Below are positions 23,629-33,652 of a DNA stretch of 64,000 bases, piece by piece. The notes beneath the pieces were generated by a model. That model saw nothing but the letters and a program-made list of their open reading frames with translations. It was not told the origin of the DNA and did no database searches. Position numbers and translations under genes: made by a program. Each line of letters starts with the position of its first letter. The first letter of the stretch is position 1. The stretch lies in sequence record MF327006; one strand, 5' to 3'. The DNA is from Shigella phage Sf20.

Positions 23629-25632
23629 ATGACTCTATTATCACCGGGTTTCGAAACGAAAGAAACTACTCTCTCCACTACCATTGTGCAATCTGCGACT
23701 GGTCGCGCTGCACTGGTAGGTAAATTCCAATGGGGTCCAGCTTTCCAGATTATTCAAGTAACTAATGAAGTTGAATTAGTTAATAAATTTGGTCAGCCGG
23801 ATAATAACACCGCAGACTATTTCATGAGCGGGGCTAACTTCCTCCAGTATGGCAATGACCTGCGTGTTGTTCGTGTATTGAATAAAGAAAAAGCGAAAAA
23901 CGCAACTGCCCTAGCTGGTAACGTCGAGTTTGAAATCACAAACGAAGGTTCAAACTATGAAGTAGGCGATACCATCAAGATTAAACATAACCGTCAAGAT
24001 ATTGAAACGGCTGGTAAAGTAACTAAAGTTGATGGTGATGGTAAAGTTAAGGGCGTATTTATCCCAACTGGTAAAATTATCGCTCACGCTAAAGCAATCG
24101 GTGTATATCCAGAACTTGATGGCGGTTGGACGGCAGAGTTCACTTCTTCGTCAGGTAACGGTAGTGCGGCGCTGTCAGTAACTAAAATTGTTACTGATTC
24201 CGGTCTTCTGTTAACGGATCTGGAAACTTCCCGCGCCAATATCACAAATCAGACTTTCTTGACTAAACTCCAGAAGTATGATATGCCAGCGGTAAGCGCG
24301 ATCTATGCTGGTGAGATTGGCAACTCGCTGGAAGTTGAAATTCTGGCACGTAGCGCGTTCAGTGGCGCGGTAGCACCTGAATTAACTATGTATCCGTTCG
24401 GCGGAACTCGTGCCGCAGCACGCAACCTGATTCCATATGCACCGCAGAATGATAATCAATATGCATTTATTGTTCGTCGCGATGGTGTTGTGGTAGAATC
24501 CTATGTACTGTCTACTCTGAAAGGGGATAAAGACGTATACGGCAATTCTATCTACATGGACGACTTCTTTGCTCGTGGTTCTAGCCAGTACATCTATGCA
24601 ACCGCTCAAGGGTGGGTAGATGGTTTCAGTGGTATTATCTCTCTTGCTGGTGGTGTTTCTGCTAACGAAGCAACGACTGGTGGAGTTGGTGCTGATCCGT
24701 TCATCGGTGCGATGATGCAAGGTTGGGATCTGTTTGCTGAACGAGAATCTATTCACGTAAACCTGTTGATCGCTGGTGCATGTGCTGGCGAAGGCGATGC
24801 GTTCTCTACCGTACAGAAACATGCTGTTTCCATCGGTGATGAGCGTCAGGATTGCTTAGTAATGGTTTCTCCGCCGCGTAGCACTGTTGTTAATATTCCG
24901 GTGACTACCGCAATTGATAACCTGATTGCATGGCGCGAAGGTTCAGGAAACTATAATGAAAACAACATGAACATTAATACCACTTACGCTGTTATTGATG
25001 GTAACTACAAATATCAGTATGACAAATACAACGACGTAAACCGTTGGGTTCCGTTGGCTGCTGATATTGCTGGTTTGTGCGCTCGTACTGATGCTGTATC
25101 CCAACCGTGGATGAGTCCGGCAGGTTATAACCGTGGTCAGATCATGAACGTGGTTAAACTGGCAATTGAGCCTCGCAAGGCGCACCGCGATCGTCTGTAT
25201 CAGGCCGCAATTAACCCGGTAATCGGTGCTGGTGGTGAAGGTTTTATCCTGATGGGTGATAAAACCGCTACGACTGTTCCTAGCCCGTTTGACCGCATTA
25301 ACGTTCGTCGTCTGTTTAACATGCTGAAAAAGAATATCGGCGATTCAAGCAAATACAAACTGTTTGAAAACAACGATAACTTTACTCGCGCTTCCTTCCG
25401 TATGGAGGTTTCGCAATATCTCAGCACGATTCGCTCTCTGGGTGGCATTTATGACTTCCGAGTACAATGCGACACCACGAATAACACGCCGGATGTAATT
25501 GATCGTAACGAATTTGTTGCTAGTATGTTCATCAAACCAGCAAAATCGATCAACTATATCATGCTCAATTTCACTGCTGTTGCAACTGGTTCTGATTTTG
25601 ACGAAATTATCGGTCCAGCTAACCAGGCATAA
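23629..25632 (+). CDS. 18: tail sheath protein gp18, 667 aa
   Basis: Size and synteny. Confidence 0.9.
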   Translation: MTLLSPGFETKETTLSTTIVQSATGRAALVGKFQWGPAFQIIQVTNEVELVNKFGQPDNNTADYFMSGANFLQYGNDLRVVRVLNKEKAKNATALAGNVEFEITNEGSNYEVGDTIKIKHNRQDIETAGKVTKVDGDGKVKGVFIPTGKIIAHAKAIGVYPELDGGWTAEFTSSSGNGSAALSVTKIVTDSGLLLTDLETSRANITNQTFLTKLQKYDMPAVSAIYAGEIGNSLEVEILARSAFSGAVAPELTMYPFGGTRAAARNLIPYAPQNDNQYAFIVRRDGVVVESYVLSTLKGDKDVYGNSIYMDDFFARGSSQYIYATAQGWVDGFSGIISLAGGVSANEATTGGVGADPFIGAMMQGWDLFAERESIHVNLLIAGACAGEGDAFSTVQKHAVSIGDERQDCLVMVSPPRSTVVNIPVTTAIDNLIAWREGSGNYNENNMNINTTYAVIDGNYKYQYDKYNDVNRWVPLAADIAGLCARTDAVSQPWMSPAGYNRGQIMNVVKLAIEPRKAHRDRLYQAAINPVIGAGGEGFILMGDKTATTVPSPFDRINVRRLFNMLKKNIGDSSKYKLFENNDNFTRASFRMEVSQYLSTIRSLGGIYDFRVQCDTTNNTPDVIDRNEFVASMFIKPAKSINYIMLNFTAVATGSDFDEIIGPANQA

Positions 25633-25705
25633 TCAGTAAATTAGCATAGATTAAAAGTTAAATCAAGCGGGGAGAAAATCCCCGCTCTATTAAGGAATAT
25701 CAATT

Positions 25706-26200
25706 ATGGCACTCGATTTGAATGATATTACACGCGGTTTCGAGTCTGGCGATTTTGCTCGTCCTAACCTGTTTGAAGTTGAGATCCCGTATCTGGGGCA
25801 AAACTTTAAGCTGATGTGTAAGGCTGCGACTGTCCCGGCTGCTACCGTAGAAAAAATTGCTATAGGCTATCAAAACCGTAAAATTAACATCGCTGGCGAC
25901 CGTGTATACGACGACTGGACCATCACTGTATTCAACGATGACGCACACAAGATCCGTGATGCTATCGTTGCATGGAGCGATCAGACACACGGCACTGGTT
26001 CGGCGATCACGGGTGCAACTCCTGCACAATATAAGAAACAAGCTATTGTTCGTCAACTTAACCGTAACACCGAATCAACTAGCGAAAAAACATTGTACGG
26101 TATTTTCCCGACCAACGTTGGTGAAGTAACCCTCGATTGGGAACAAAACAACGAAGTTGAAACGTTTGAAGTTACTTTTGCTATCGATTGGGTAGAATAA
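25706..26200 (+). CDS. 19: tail tube protein gp19, 164 aa
   Basis: Size and synteny. Confidence 0.85.
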   Translation: MALDLNDITRGFESGDFARPNLFEVEIPYLGQNFKLMCKAATVPAATVEKIAIGYQNRKINIAGDRVYDDWTITVFNDDAHKIRDAIVAWSDQTHGTGSAITGATPAQYKKQAIVRQLNRNTESTSEKTLYGIFPTNVGEVTLDWEQNNEVETFEVTFAIDWVE

Positions 26201-26258
26201 ATATATTATCATGCGGGGAGAAGTTCCCCGCCTAATTTCTCCCAATTCGAGGTGAATA

Positions 26259-27824
26259 ATGTTTAGTAGATTAAAAATGCTTGCGCGTTGGGCTGATTTT
26301 GACAACGACAAATACGAAGAACAAATTAAAGATAAAGCAGAGTCTATCGCCGCACCTAAAAACAATGATGGTGCTACGGAAGTAGAAATTAACGATAATT
26401 CACCTGCTAGCTCGTGGAACTCTCTTACCCAGCAATTTTACAGCACCGACCAGAAAATCAGCACAACTAAGCAATTAGTTAACACATATCGCGGTTTGAT
26501 GAATAACCATGAAGTCGAAAACGCTGTACAAAATATCGTTAACGATGCGATTGTATTTGAAGAAGGTCATGAAGTTGTTTCATTAAATCTTGAGGCGACT
26601 GGCTTTAGTGAATCTGTAAAAGAGCGCATTCATGAAGAATTTAAAGATCTTTTAAACACTATCCAGTTTGATAGGCGCGGTCAGGATATGTTCCGTCGCT
26701 GGTATGTCGATTCGCGTATTTTCTTCCATAAAATCATCGGCAAAAATCCAAAAGACGGTATCGTAGAATTACGCCAGCTTGACCCACGTAATCTTGAATA
26801 TGTTCGCGAGATCATTACAGAAGACACACCGGAAGGTAAAATTTATAAAGCAACGAAAGAATATTTCATTTACACCGTAGGCAATAGTTCTTATTGCGCG
26901 GGTGGTCAAGTATTCTCTCCTAATAGTCGCGTTAAAATCCCGCGTAGTGCTATTACATACGCTCACAGCGGCTTGATGGATTGCGATGATAAATATATCA
27001 TTGGTTATTTGCATCGGGCTGTTAAGCCAGCAAACCAGCTTAAATTGTTGGAAGACGCAATGGTCGTTTATCGTATCACGCGTGCACCGGAACGCCGAGT
27101 GTTCTTTATTGATACCGGAAACATGAACAACCGCAAGGCTGCACAGCACATGAACTCAGTGGCACAGTCTTTTAAAAACCGCGTTGTTTATGATGCATCG
27201 ACTGGTAAACTTAAAAACCAGCAAGCAAATCTATCAATGACAGAGGACTACTGGTTACAGCGTCGAGATGGTAAAGCAATCACCGACGTTACTACTTTAC
27301 CCGGTGCATCCGGTATGAGTGATATCGATGATATTCGCTACTTTAACCGTAAATTGTATGAAGCGTTGCGTGTGCCATTGTCACGTAGCAATCTCTCCGA
27401 TGCTAATATGGTGATCGGTGGTGACGGTTCAGAAATTACTCGCGATGAGTTGGAATTTTCGAAATTCATTAGAACTCTGCAATCACAGTTTTCGGAAGTA
27501 TTGCGCGATCCTCTGAAATATAATCTGATTCTCAAAAATGTAATTACGGAAGACGATTGGGATCGTGAAATAAATAATATCAAGGTGGTTTTCCATCGGG
27601 ACTCTTACTATACAGAAGTTAAAGACGCGGAAATTTTAGAACGTCGAATCGGTCTAATCGAACGTATTACACCTTACATTGGTAAATATTTCTCTAACCA
27701 GACAGTGATGCGTGACATTCTGAAATATACCGATGACCAGATGGACACCGAGAAGAAACAGATCGAAGAAGAAGCGAACGATCCGCGCTTTAAACAAACT
27801 CCCGATGAAATAGAGGATTTTTAA
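26259..27824 (+). CDS. 20: portal vertex protein gp20, 521 aa
   Basis: Size and synteny. Confidence 0.9.
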   Translation: MFSRLKMLARWADFDNDKYEEQIKDKAESIAAPKNNDGATEVEINDNSPASSWNSLTQQFYSTDQKISTTKQLVNTYRGLMNNHEVENAVQNIVNDAIVFEEGHEVVSLNLEATGFSESVKERIHEEFKDLLNTIQFDRRGQDMFRRWYVDSRIFFHKIIGKNPKDGIVELRQLDPRNLEYVREIITEDTPEGKIYKATKEYFIYTVGNSSYCAGGQVFSPNSRVKIPRSAITYAHSGLMDCDDKYIIGYLHRAVKPANQLKLLEDAMVVYRITRAPERRVFFIDTGNMNNRKAAQHMNSVAQSFKNRVVYDASTGKLKNQQANLSMTEDYWLQRRDGKAITDVTTLPGASGMSDIDDIRYFNRKLYEALRVPLSRSNLSDANMVIGGDGSEITRDELEFSKFIRTLQSQFSEVLRDPLKYNLILKNVITEDDWDREINNIKVVFHRDSYYTEVKDAEILERRIGLIERITPYIGKYFSNQTVMRDILKYTDDQMDTEKKQIEEEANDPRFKQTPDEIEDF

Positions 27825-28064
27825 ATGAAACAATTTATCGAAGCAATTAAAACTCGCGATCTAACGCTGATCGAAAAAGAATTTGATAAGATCATGGAGG
27901 CTAAAAAAGCCCAGATCATCGAATCTCAGCGTGTCGAAATCGCATCCAGTATCATGATCGAAGGTGAAGAAGAAAAAGACCGCGATGATGAAGATATGGA
28001 TTATGAGGACGACGAAGACGAAGATCGCAAAGACGATAAAAAAGATAAAGAAGACGACGAATAA
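27825..28064 (+). CDS. 67: prohead core protein gp67, 79 aa
   Basis: Small ORF with extremely acidic C-terminus between 20 and 68. Confidence 0.7.
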   Translation: MKQFIEAIKTRDLTLIEKEFDKIMEAKKAQIIESQRVEIASSIMIEGEEEKDRDDEDMDYEDDEDEDRKDDKKDKEDDE

Positions 28065-28076
28065 TAGGAAGCCAAC

Positions 28077-28484
28077 ATGATTAAAGATTTTACTCCTAAA
28101 GCTGACTTAGAAACTTTTCTGCCGGAAGCACAGGAAAAATTGGACATGTTGGCTATGTTTGAGTCAGAAGAACTATTGAAAATCGTTGAAGGTATCTCCG
28201 AGGATGAGCCGGAACTGGCGGTAGCAATGCTGTCTATCATCGACGGAATTACTGTAAATGAAGCAATGGTTAAACATGTAAACGCACGCGGGGAAGTTGC
28301 ACGTAAGAAAGATCGCAAAACCCGTGAGCGTAATGCTTACATGACTACTGGCCTAAGCAAAGCTAAACGCCGTCAAATTGCCCGTCGTGCTGCAAAAACC
28401 AAACGTGCAAATCCATCTATCGAACGTCATGCGGAACGTAAGCGCAAAAAAGCAATGCGTAAACGTAAGGCGTTAGGATTATAA
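28077..28484 (+). CDS. 68: prohead core protein gp68, 135 aa
   Basis: Basic C-terminus, synteny. Confidence 0.7.
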   Translation: MIKDFTPKADLETFLPEAQEKLDMLAMFESEELLKIVEGISEDEPELAVAMLSIIDGITVNEAMVKHVNARGEVARKKDRKTRERNAYMTTGLSKAKRRQIARRAAKTKRANPSIERHAERKRKKAMRKRKALGL

Positions 28485-28495
28485 CAGGAAACAAC

Positions 28496-29191
28496 ATGGA
28501 AAAGAACGAATTACTGATCGAACAATGGGGCGTTCCTTGTGCTCGCGGTAGTTCGTCATTGCTTGAATCATTTGATGATAAGGCTACAGGAAATCTCTAT
28601 ATTCAAGGGATTTTCCTGCAAGCCGAAACGGTAAACCGCAATAAACGCTGGTATCCTCGCAGTGTTCTAGAAAATGCGGTTACTAAATACATACATGAAC
28701 AAGTTGAGACACATCAAGCTCTAGGCGAACTTAATCACCCAGCAAGAGCAATGCCAGATCCATCTAATGCTTGCATCATAATTGAAAAATTATGGTGGGA
28801 AGGTAATAACGTGATGGGTAAAGCCCGTGTTATTGAAGGGGATAAAGGCGCAGGTGATAAACTTGCTGCACTGATTCGCGCTGGCTGGATTCCTGGCGTT
28901 TCCTCCCGTGGGTTGGGTCGGTTGAAAGACTCTGGTCGCGGATACAATATTGTACAGGAAGGTTTTGTGTTGACGGTTGGTGTTGATGTTGTATGGGGTC
29001 CGAGCGCACCGGATGCGTGGGTAACTCCGGTGGTTGAGTCAACGGATAGCGATTCTAGCGCGTCAGACGCACCAGAAATCGATAAAACCGAAAAAGTGAC
29101 TAACCCTACAGCCTCACAACAAAACATCGTAGAATCGAATAATAGCGCGTTTATGGCGCTCGCAGAAGCGTTATCTAAACGCTATAAATAA
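28496..29191 (+). CDS. 21: prohead core protease gp21, 231 aa
   Basis: Size and synteny between 68 and 22. Confidence 0.8.
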   Translation: MEKNELLIEQWGVPCARGSSSLLESFDDKATGNLYIQGIFLQAETVNRNKRWYPRSVLENAVTKYIHEQVETHQALGELNHPARAMPDPSNACIIIEKLWWEGNNVMGKARVIEGDKGAGDKLAALIRAGWIPGVSSRGLGRLKDSGRGYNIVQEGFVLTVGVDVVWGPSAPDAWVTPVVESTDSDSSASDAPEIDKTEKVTNPTASQQNIVESNNSAFMALAEALSKRYK

Positions 29192-29222
29192 TAACGTCGT
29201 TATCAACAAGAAGGTTATAACC

Positions 29223-30017
29223 ATGCTTAAAGAAATGCTGCTCGAAGAAGCAAAACAGATCACCGTAGACGTTGCTCTCGATGACCTGTTTGAATCCGTC
29301 GAACTGTCGCCGGAAGTAAAAGAAAATTTTGGTACTATCTACGCTCAAGCGGTAAAAGCTAATGCTGTTGCTCTGGCAGAAAGCCACATTGAAAAAATCG
29401 CCGCTAAAGCCGATGAACTGGTAGAATCAAAGGTCGAAGAAGCACGCACCGAGATTGAAACCAAACTGTACGAAGATGCAGATAAATTCCTGAATCACTT
29501 AGGCGCTAAATGGCTGGCAGAAAATAAAGAAGCCGTTACCCGTAATATTAAAGCGGATCTGTGCGAATCCCTGATTGGTTCTCTGAAAGATGTTTTCGTT
29601 ACTCACAATGTTGTAGTACCGGAAGAATCTGTAGACGTTGTTGCTGAACTTGACGAAGCACTCAAAGAAGAAAAAGAAAAAACCTCTGAACTCTTTGATG
29701 CCAAACTGCAACTTGAAAGCGAAATTCGTGGCATGAAGCGCGAACAAGCGATCAATGAAAGCACTCGTGATCTTTCCGATACTCAGAAAGAAAAAGTAAC
29801 CGCGCTGATTGAAGGTCTGGAATATAGCGAAACTTTCGATAAGAAATTAACTGCAATTGTCGAAATGGTTGCTAAGAAAGAAGACAAACCAGCGAAGATT
29901 GAAGAATCACTAAATACTGATGCCGACAAGCTGAATGTTATTGCAGAAGCTGTCGAAGAATCAGAGAAAAAGGCAACTGTAGATTCCGGCGTATCCCGCT
30001 ACCTGAATTTCATCTAA
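29223..30017 (+). CDS. 22: prohead core scaffold protein gp22, 264 aa
   Basis: Charged alpha-helical scaffold-like sequence, synteny. Confidence 0.8.
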   Translation: MLKEMLLEEAKQITVDVALDDLFESVELSPEVKENFGTIYAQAVKANAVALAESHIEKIAAKADELVESKVEEARTEIETKLYEDADKFLNHLGAKWLAENKEAVTRNIKADLCESLIGSLKDVFVTHNVVVPEESVDVVAELDEALKEEKEKTSELFDAKLQLESEIRGMKREQAINESTRDLSDTQKEKVTALIEGLEYSETFDKKLTAIVEMVAKKEDKPAKIEESLNTDADKLNVIAEAVEESEKKATVDSGVSRYLNFI

Positions 30018-30035
30018 TGTAATTCAAATCTACTT

Positions 30036-30043
30036 TATAAATA
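30036..30043 (+). promoter_or_regulatory. T4-type late promoter core TATAAATA upstream of gene 23
   Basis: Exact TATAAATA 34 nt upstream of ATG 30077. Confidence 0.65.
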
Positions 30044-30076
30044 CTTTAGGTTAACAACAAACAAGGTTTAAAGAAC

Positions 30077-31675
30077 ATGAAAACTACCAAAGAACTGATG
30101 GAAAAATGGTCCCCGCTGCTGGAGAACGAAAAACTGCCGGAAATCGCAACTGCGTCTAAGCAGAAACTGGTTGCTAAAATTCTGGAATCTCAGGAAGCGG
30201 ATTTTGCTGTAGACCCGATCTATAAGGATGAAAAAGTTGTTGAAGCATTCGGTGGCTTTATCGCAGAAGCCGAAGTTGCTGGCGACCACGGTTATGACGC
30301 ATCTCAGATCGCGGCTGGTCAGACTACTGGCGCAATCACTAACGTAGGTCCGGCTGTTATCGGTATGGTTCGCCGTGCTATCCCTAACCTGATCGCATTT
30401 GATATTTGTGGCGTTCAGCCGATGAGCACTCCGACTAGCCAGATCTTTGCAATCCGTTCTGTATACGGTCCAGATCCGCTGGCAGGTGGCAATGCTCAGA
30501 ATGTTCGTGAAGCATTCCATCCGATGTATGCGCCAGATGCTTTCCATAGCTCTCTTGCTGCTAAAGGTGCAACTGTAGGTTCACCAACTGGTACTGCATT
30601 CGCTAAACTAACTCTCAGCACTCCGATTGATGCAGGTGATATTGTACACCACACCTTCGCAGAAACTGGCATTGCATATCTGCAAAACGTTACCGCAGGA
30701 CAAGTAACCCCGACCAAAGCTGGTAGCGAGTCAGATGATGAAGTTGTCATGAAGCTGATTGAAGAAGGTAAACTGGCTGAAATCGCTTTCGGTATGGCTA
30801 CTTCCATTGCCGAAATTCAGGAAGGCTTTAACGGTTCCAGCAATAACCCGTGGGCTGAAATGTCAATGCGTATTGACAAACAGGTTGTTGAAGCGAAATC
30901 TCGCCAACTGAAAGCCCGTTATTCTATCGAAGTTGCGCAGGATCTGCGTGCTGTACACGGTATGGATGCTGATGCCGAACTGAATGCTATCCTGGCTAAC
31001 GAAGTTCTGCTGGAAATCAACCGTGAAATCGTTGACGTCATCAACTTTACCGCTCAGGTTGGTAAGACTGGTATGACTCAGACCGTTGGTTCTAAAGCTG
31101 GTGTATTTGACCTGCAAGACCCGATCGATACTCGCGGTGCTCGTTGGGCTGGTGAATCCTTCAAATCTCTGATCTACCAGATCGACAAAGAAGCTGCTGA
31201 AATCGCTCGTCAGACTGGTCGCGGTGCGGGTAACTTTGTTATCGCTTCCCGTAACGTTGTAAACATTCTGGCTTCTGCTGATCAGGGTATCAGTCTTGCT
31301 ATGCAGGGTGCTGCAAAAGGTCTGAATACCGACACCACTAAAGCTGTTTTCGCTGGTGTTCTGGCTGGTAAGTACAAAGTGTTCATCGACCAGTATGCTC
31401 GTCAAGACTACTTCACCGTAGGTTACAAAGGCGACAACGAAATGGATGCTGGTATCTACTATGCTCCGTATGTTGCTCTGACTCCGCTGCGTGCAACTGA
31501 CCCGCAGTCTTTCCACCCGGTTCTGGGCTTCAAGACTCGCTATGGCATCGGTATTAACCCGTTTGCAGACAGCAAATCCCAGGCACCGTCCGCTCGCATC
31601 ACCTCCGGTATGTTGAGCAAAGACAGCGTAGGTAAAAACGCATACTTCCGTCGTGTATGGGTTAAAGGTTGCTAA
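30077..31675 (+). CDS. 23: major capsid protein gp23, 532 aa
   Basis: Size, codon usage typical of highly expressed gene, flanked by late promoter and strong terminator. Confidence 0.95.
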   Translation: MKTTKELMEKWSPLLENEKLPEIATASKQKLVAKILESQEADFAVDPIYKDEKVVEAFGGFIAEAEVAGDHGYDASQIAAGQTTGAITNVGPAVIGMVRRAIPNLIAFDICGVQPMSTPTSQIFAIRSVYGPDPLAGGNAQNVREAFHPMYAPDAFHSSLAAKGATVGSPTGTAFAKLTLSTPIDAGDIVHHTFAETGIAYLQNVTAGQVTPTKAGSESDDEVVMKLIEEGKLAEIAFGMATSIAEIQEGFNGSSNNPWAEMSMRIDKQVVEAKSRQLKARYSIEVAQDLRAVHGMDADAELNAILANEVLLEINREIVDVINFTAQVGKTGMTQTVGSKAGVFDLQDPIDTRGARWAGESFKSLIYQIDKEAAEIARQTGRGAGNFVIASRNVVNILASADQGISLAMQGAAKGLNTDTTKAVFAGVLAGKYKVFIDQYARQDYFTVGYKGDNEMDAGIYYAPYVALTPLRATDPQSFHPVLGFKTRYGIGINPFADSKSQAPSARITSGMLSKDSVGKNAYFRRVWVKGC

Positions 31676-31760
31676 TATAAGCCATTCCTGAAAAACTCCG
31701 GTCGGGTGCAATACCCGACTTATCATAAACCTTATGACAGTGTAAAGTGTTAATTCCAAA

Positions 31761-31790
31761 GGGAAGACTCGAAAGGGTCTTCCCTTTTTG
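31761..31790 (+). terminator. rho-independent terminator after gene 23
   Basis: Hairpin GGGAAGACTC-gaaa-GGGTCTTCCC followed by TTTTTG. Confidence 0.75.
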
Positions 31791-31805
31791 CGTATTATAA
31801 CCCGT

Positions 31806-31813
31806 TATAAATA
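31806..31813 (+). promoter_or_regulatory. T4-type late promoter core TATAAATA
   Basis: Exact TATAAATA in 23-24 intergenic region. Confidence 0.5.
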
Positions 31814-32174
31814 AGGTTGCAAGCCTATATTCTATTGGGAGCGAAAATCGATACACACAACAAAGACAGGAAGATGCGGAACATCGGTGGGTTGCTAGCC
31901 TAAATCCGGTGGATATGATATGTGATTTCTTTTGATGCTGGATTTATTAAAACACAACAAACAATTCCACCAATTTTCGTAGTAACTGCATGGCAAAGGG
32001 ACCAATGAATGAAATGAGCGTTCATGTTGATATTGGGTCGGATAGATTTGGTAGATATACAGATCTGGTGTATGCCGACCTTGTTATGACATTCCAGCGT
32101 GACGCTAGCAGTAATTTTTGGTTTTGGTACGCTGTTCCCTGAATTAACCCAAAATTCTCCATAAGGAGGAATGC

Positions 32175-32327
32175 ATGAGTAAGAAAGAAAACAGCTATGT
32201 TATGACTCGTAAGGAATACAACGAATTGATGTTAGCATTAGCTTATGCCATTATTCGTTCTGATCATGCAATTAATCTGGTAAACAAAGTTAACCGTAGC
32301 GTTGATAATGTTTCTAGGAAGAAGTAA
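32175..32327 (+). CDS. small hypothetical protein, 50 aa
   Basis: ATG 4 nt after strong RBS AGGAGGA; followed by terminator hairpin; below ORF-track size cutoff. Confidence 0.45.
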   Translation: MSKKENSYVMTRKEYNELMLALAYAIIRSDHAINLVNKVNRSVDNVSRKK

Positions 32328-32336
32328 GTTTATTTT

Positions 32337-32365
32337 GGAATCCTTCGGATTCCTTTTTCTTTTTG
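32337..32365 (+). terminator. rho-independent terminator
   Basis: Hairpin GGAATCC-ttc-GGATTCC followed by TTTTTCTTTTT. Confidence 0.6.
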
Positions 32366-32373
32366 TATAAATA
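32366..32373 (+). promoter_or_regulatory. T4-type late promoter core TATAAATA upstream of gene 24
   Basis: Exact TATAAATA 45 nt upstream of ATG 32411. Confidence 0.65.
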
Positions 32374-32410
32374 TGATATATCCATTAAGGCAAATACAGG
32401 ATTCATAAAC

Positions 32411-33652
32411 ATGACTCATATTTTTACTGAACTGTTGCGGGAATCTACTTCCTCAGTAGCTAACCAGACAGCGCGACCGCAACTATTATCATTAACTCGC
32501 GCGGTAAACAACCTGATTTTCTCTGACCTGGTAGCAATCCAGCCAACGGATCAACCAGTATCTGCATTGTACGGACTACGTTATCTTAATCGTGATGGTC
32601 AGATGACTTTCCGAACTGCTGCGACCTACGGTGGCGCGGCTGGTGATCGCACAGAGATTGAAGAGTTTTCAAAAGAAAAATCTTATGACGAAGGCGCACT
32701 GTTCAAATCAGGCGATGTTGTATACGAAGTTGTGACCGCTGGTACAGTCGGTGAAGATGCCGAAACTCCAGAATCTGCAATCTTTAAAGGCGTAATGACA
32801 AACAAAATTCGTTTCTATAGCGATTGTGCATCGGTAGAATACTTTGAAGATAAAAACACCGAAATTTCGTCTACCTCTATGCAGTTTGACAAGTGGCAAG
32901 TTAATGTAGGTTCTCGTAAACTGAAAACCTCGTTCACGACCGAATTGATGCAGGATCTTGAGGCAAGCCAAATCAACTCTGAAAACTCTGTAATTGATCT
33001 TCTGGCTACTGTTGCTTCCGAAGAGATCAACAAAGATATTATTCAGAAGTTGATCACTGTATCATCTCGCTATAAAATTAAAGGGATCACTCCTGATGGC
33101 GTACTTTCTCTCGTTAGCGTTCAGGATGCACCAACACAAGCGCGTGAACTTTACCGCTATGCTTGCGAAATGAGCAATCAAATGTTGCGGACTTCCTCCT
33201 TTGCTGGTACATACGTTTTGGCGTCTTCTCGCGTGGTTGGCCTCCTGCAATCTTCCGGTTGGATGGAAGAAACCGACAATGCTCTAAGCGAAGGTCGTCT
33301 ACGTTGCGGTCTGGAAGTGTACGCAGACACGACAACACCTTTCGATTATATGCTCGTTGGTTGTAAGCACATGATCGGTGATATGGAGAGTGTAGGTTCT
33401 CTGTTCTACTCCCCATATACAGAAGCCGACGGCGCTGGCGCGTATAAGAGCGTAATTGACCCTAATAGCTTCCAGCATCATGTAGCTATTATGAATCGTT
33501 ATTCACTCTCTGTCAACCCATACACATCAAAAGTTGATCAGGAAGAACACCAGGTCATCAAGGGTGACGATTGGGGTAAAATGGCTGGACGTTCAGAAAT
33601 GTCCTACATTTTAGGAATCGAACTGCCACCGCTTGAGATTGACAACGCTTAA
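32411..33652 (+). CDS. 24: head vertex protein gp24, 413 aa
   Basis: Starts MTHIFTELLRESTSS (T4 gp24 ..NELLRESTT.. as remembered); ORF-track TTG extension overlapping the late promoter trimmed. Confidence 0.9.
   Translation: MTHIFTELLRESTSSVANQTARPQLLSLTRAVNNLIFSDLVAIQPTDQPVSALYGLRYLNRDGQMTFRTAATYGGAAGDRTEIEEFSKEKSYDEGALFKSGDVVYEVVTAGTVGEDAETPESAIFKGVMTNKIRFYSDCASVEYFEDKNTEISSTSMQFDKWQVNVGSRKLKTSFTTELMQDLEASQINSENSVIDLLATVASEEINKDIIQKLITVSSRYKIKGITPDGVLSLVSVQDAPTQARELYRYACEMSNQMLRTSSFAGTYVLASSRVVGLLQSSGWMEETDNALSEGRLRCGLEVYADTTTPFDYMLVGCKHMIGDMESVGSLFYSPYTEADGAGAYKSVIDPNSFQHHVAIMNRYSLSVNPYTSKVDQEEHQVIKGDDWGKMAGRSEMSYILGIELPPLEIDNA

Noticed and set aside
31990-32142. 50-aa plus-strand ORF in the 23-24 intergenic region
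   Set aside because: No recognisable Shine-Dalgarno sequence and no conservation evidence; kept only as a possibility.
32363-32410. N-terminal extensions in the ORF track from TTG/GTG starts (gp24 at 32363, gp15 at 20400, uvsW at 38086, gp25 at 40998, ligase at 61697, several small hyperplastic-region genes)
   Set aside because: Downstream in-frame ATG with a proper RBS and matching T4 N-termini; the extensions would overlap promoters or upstream genes.
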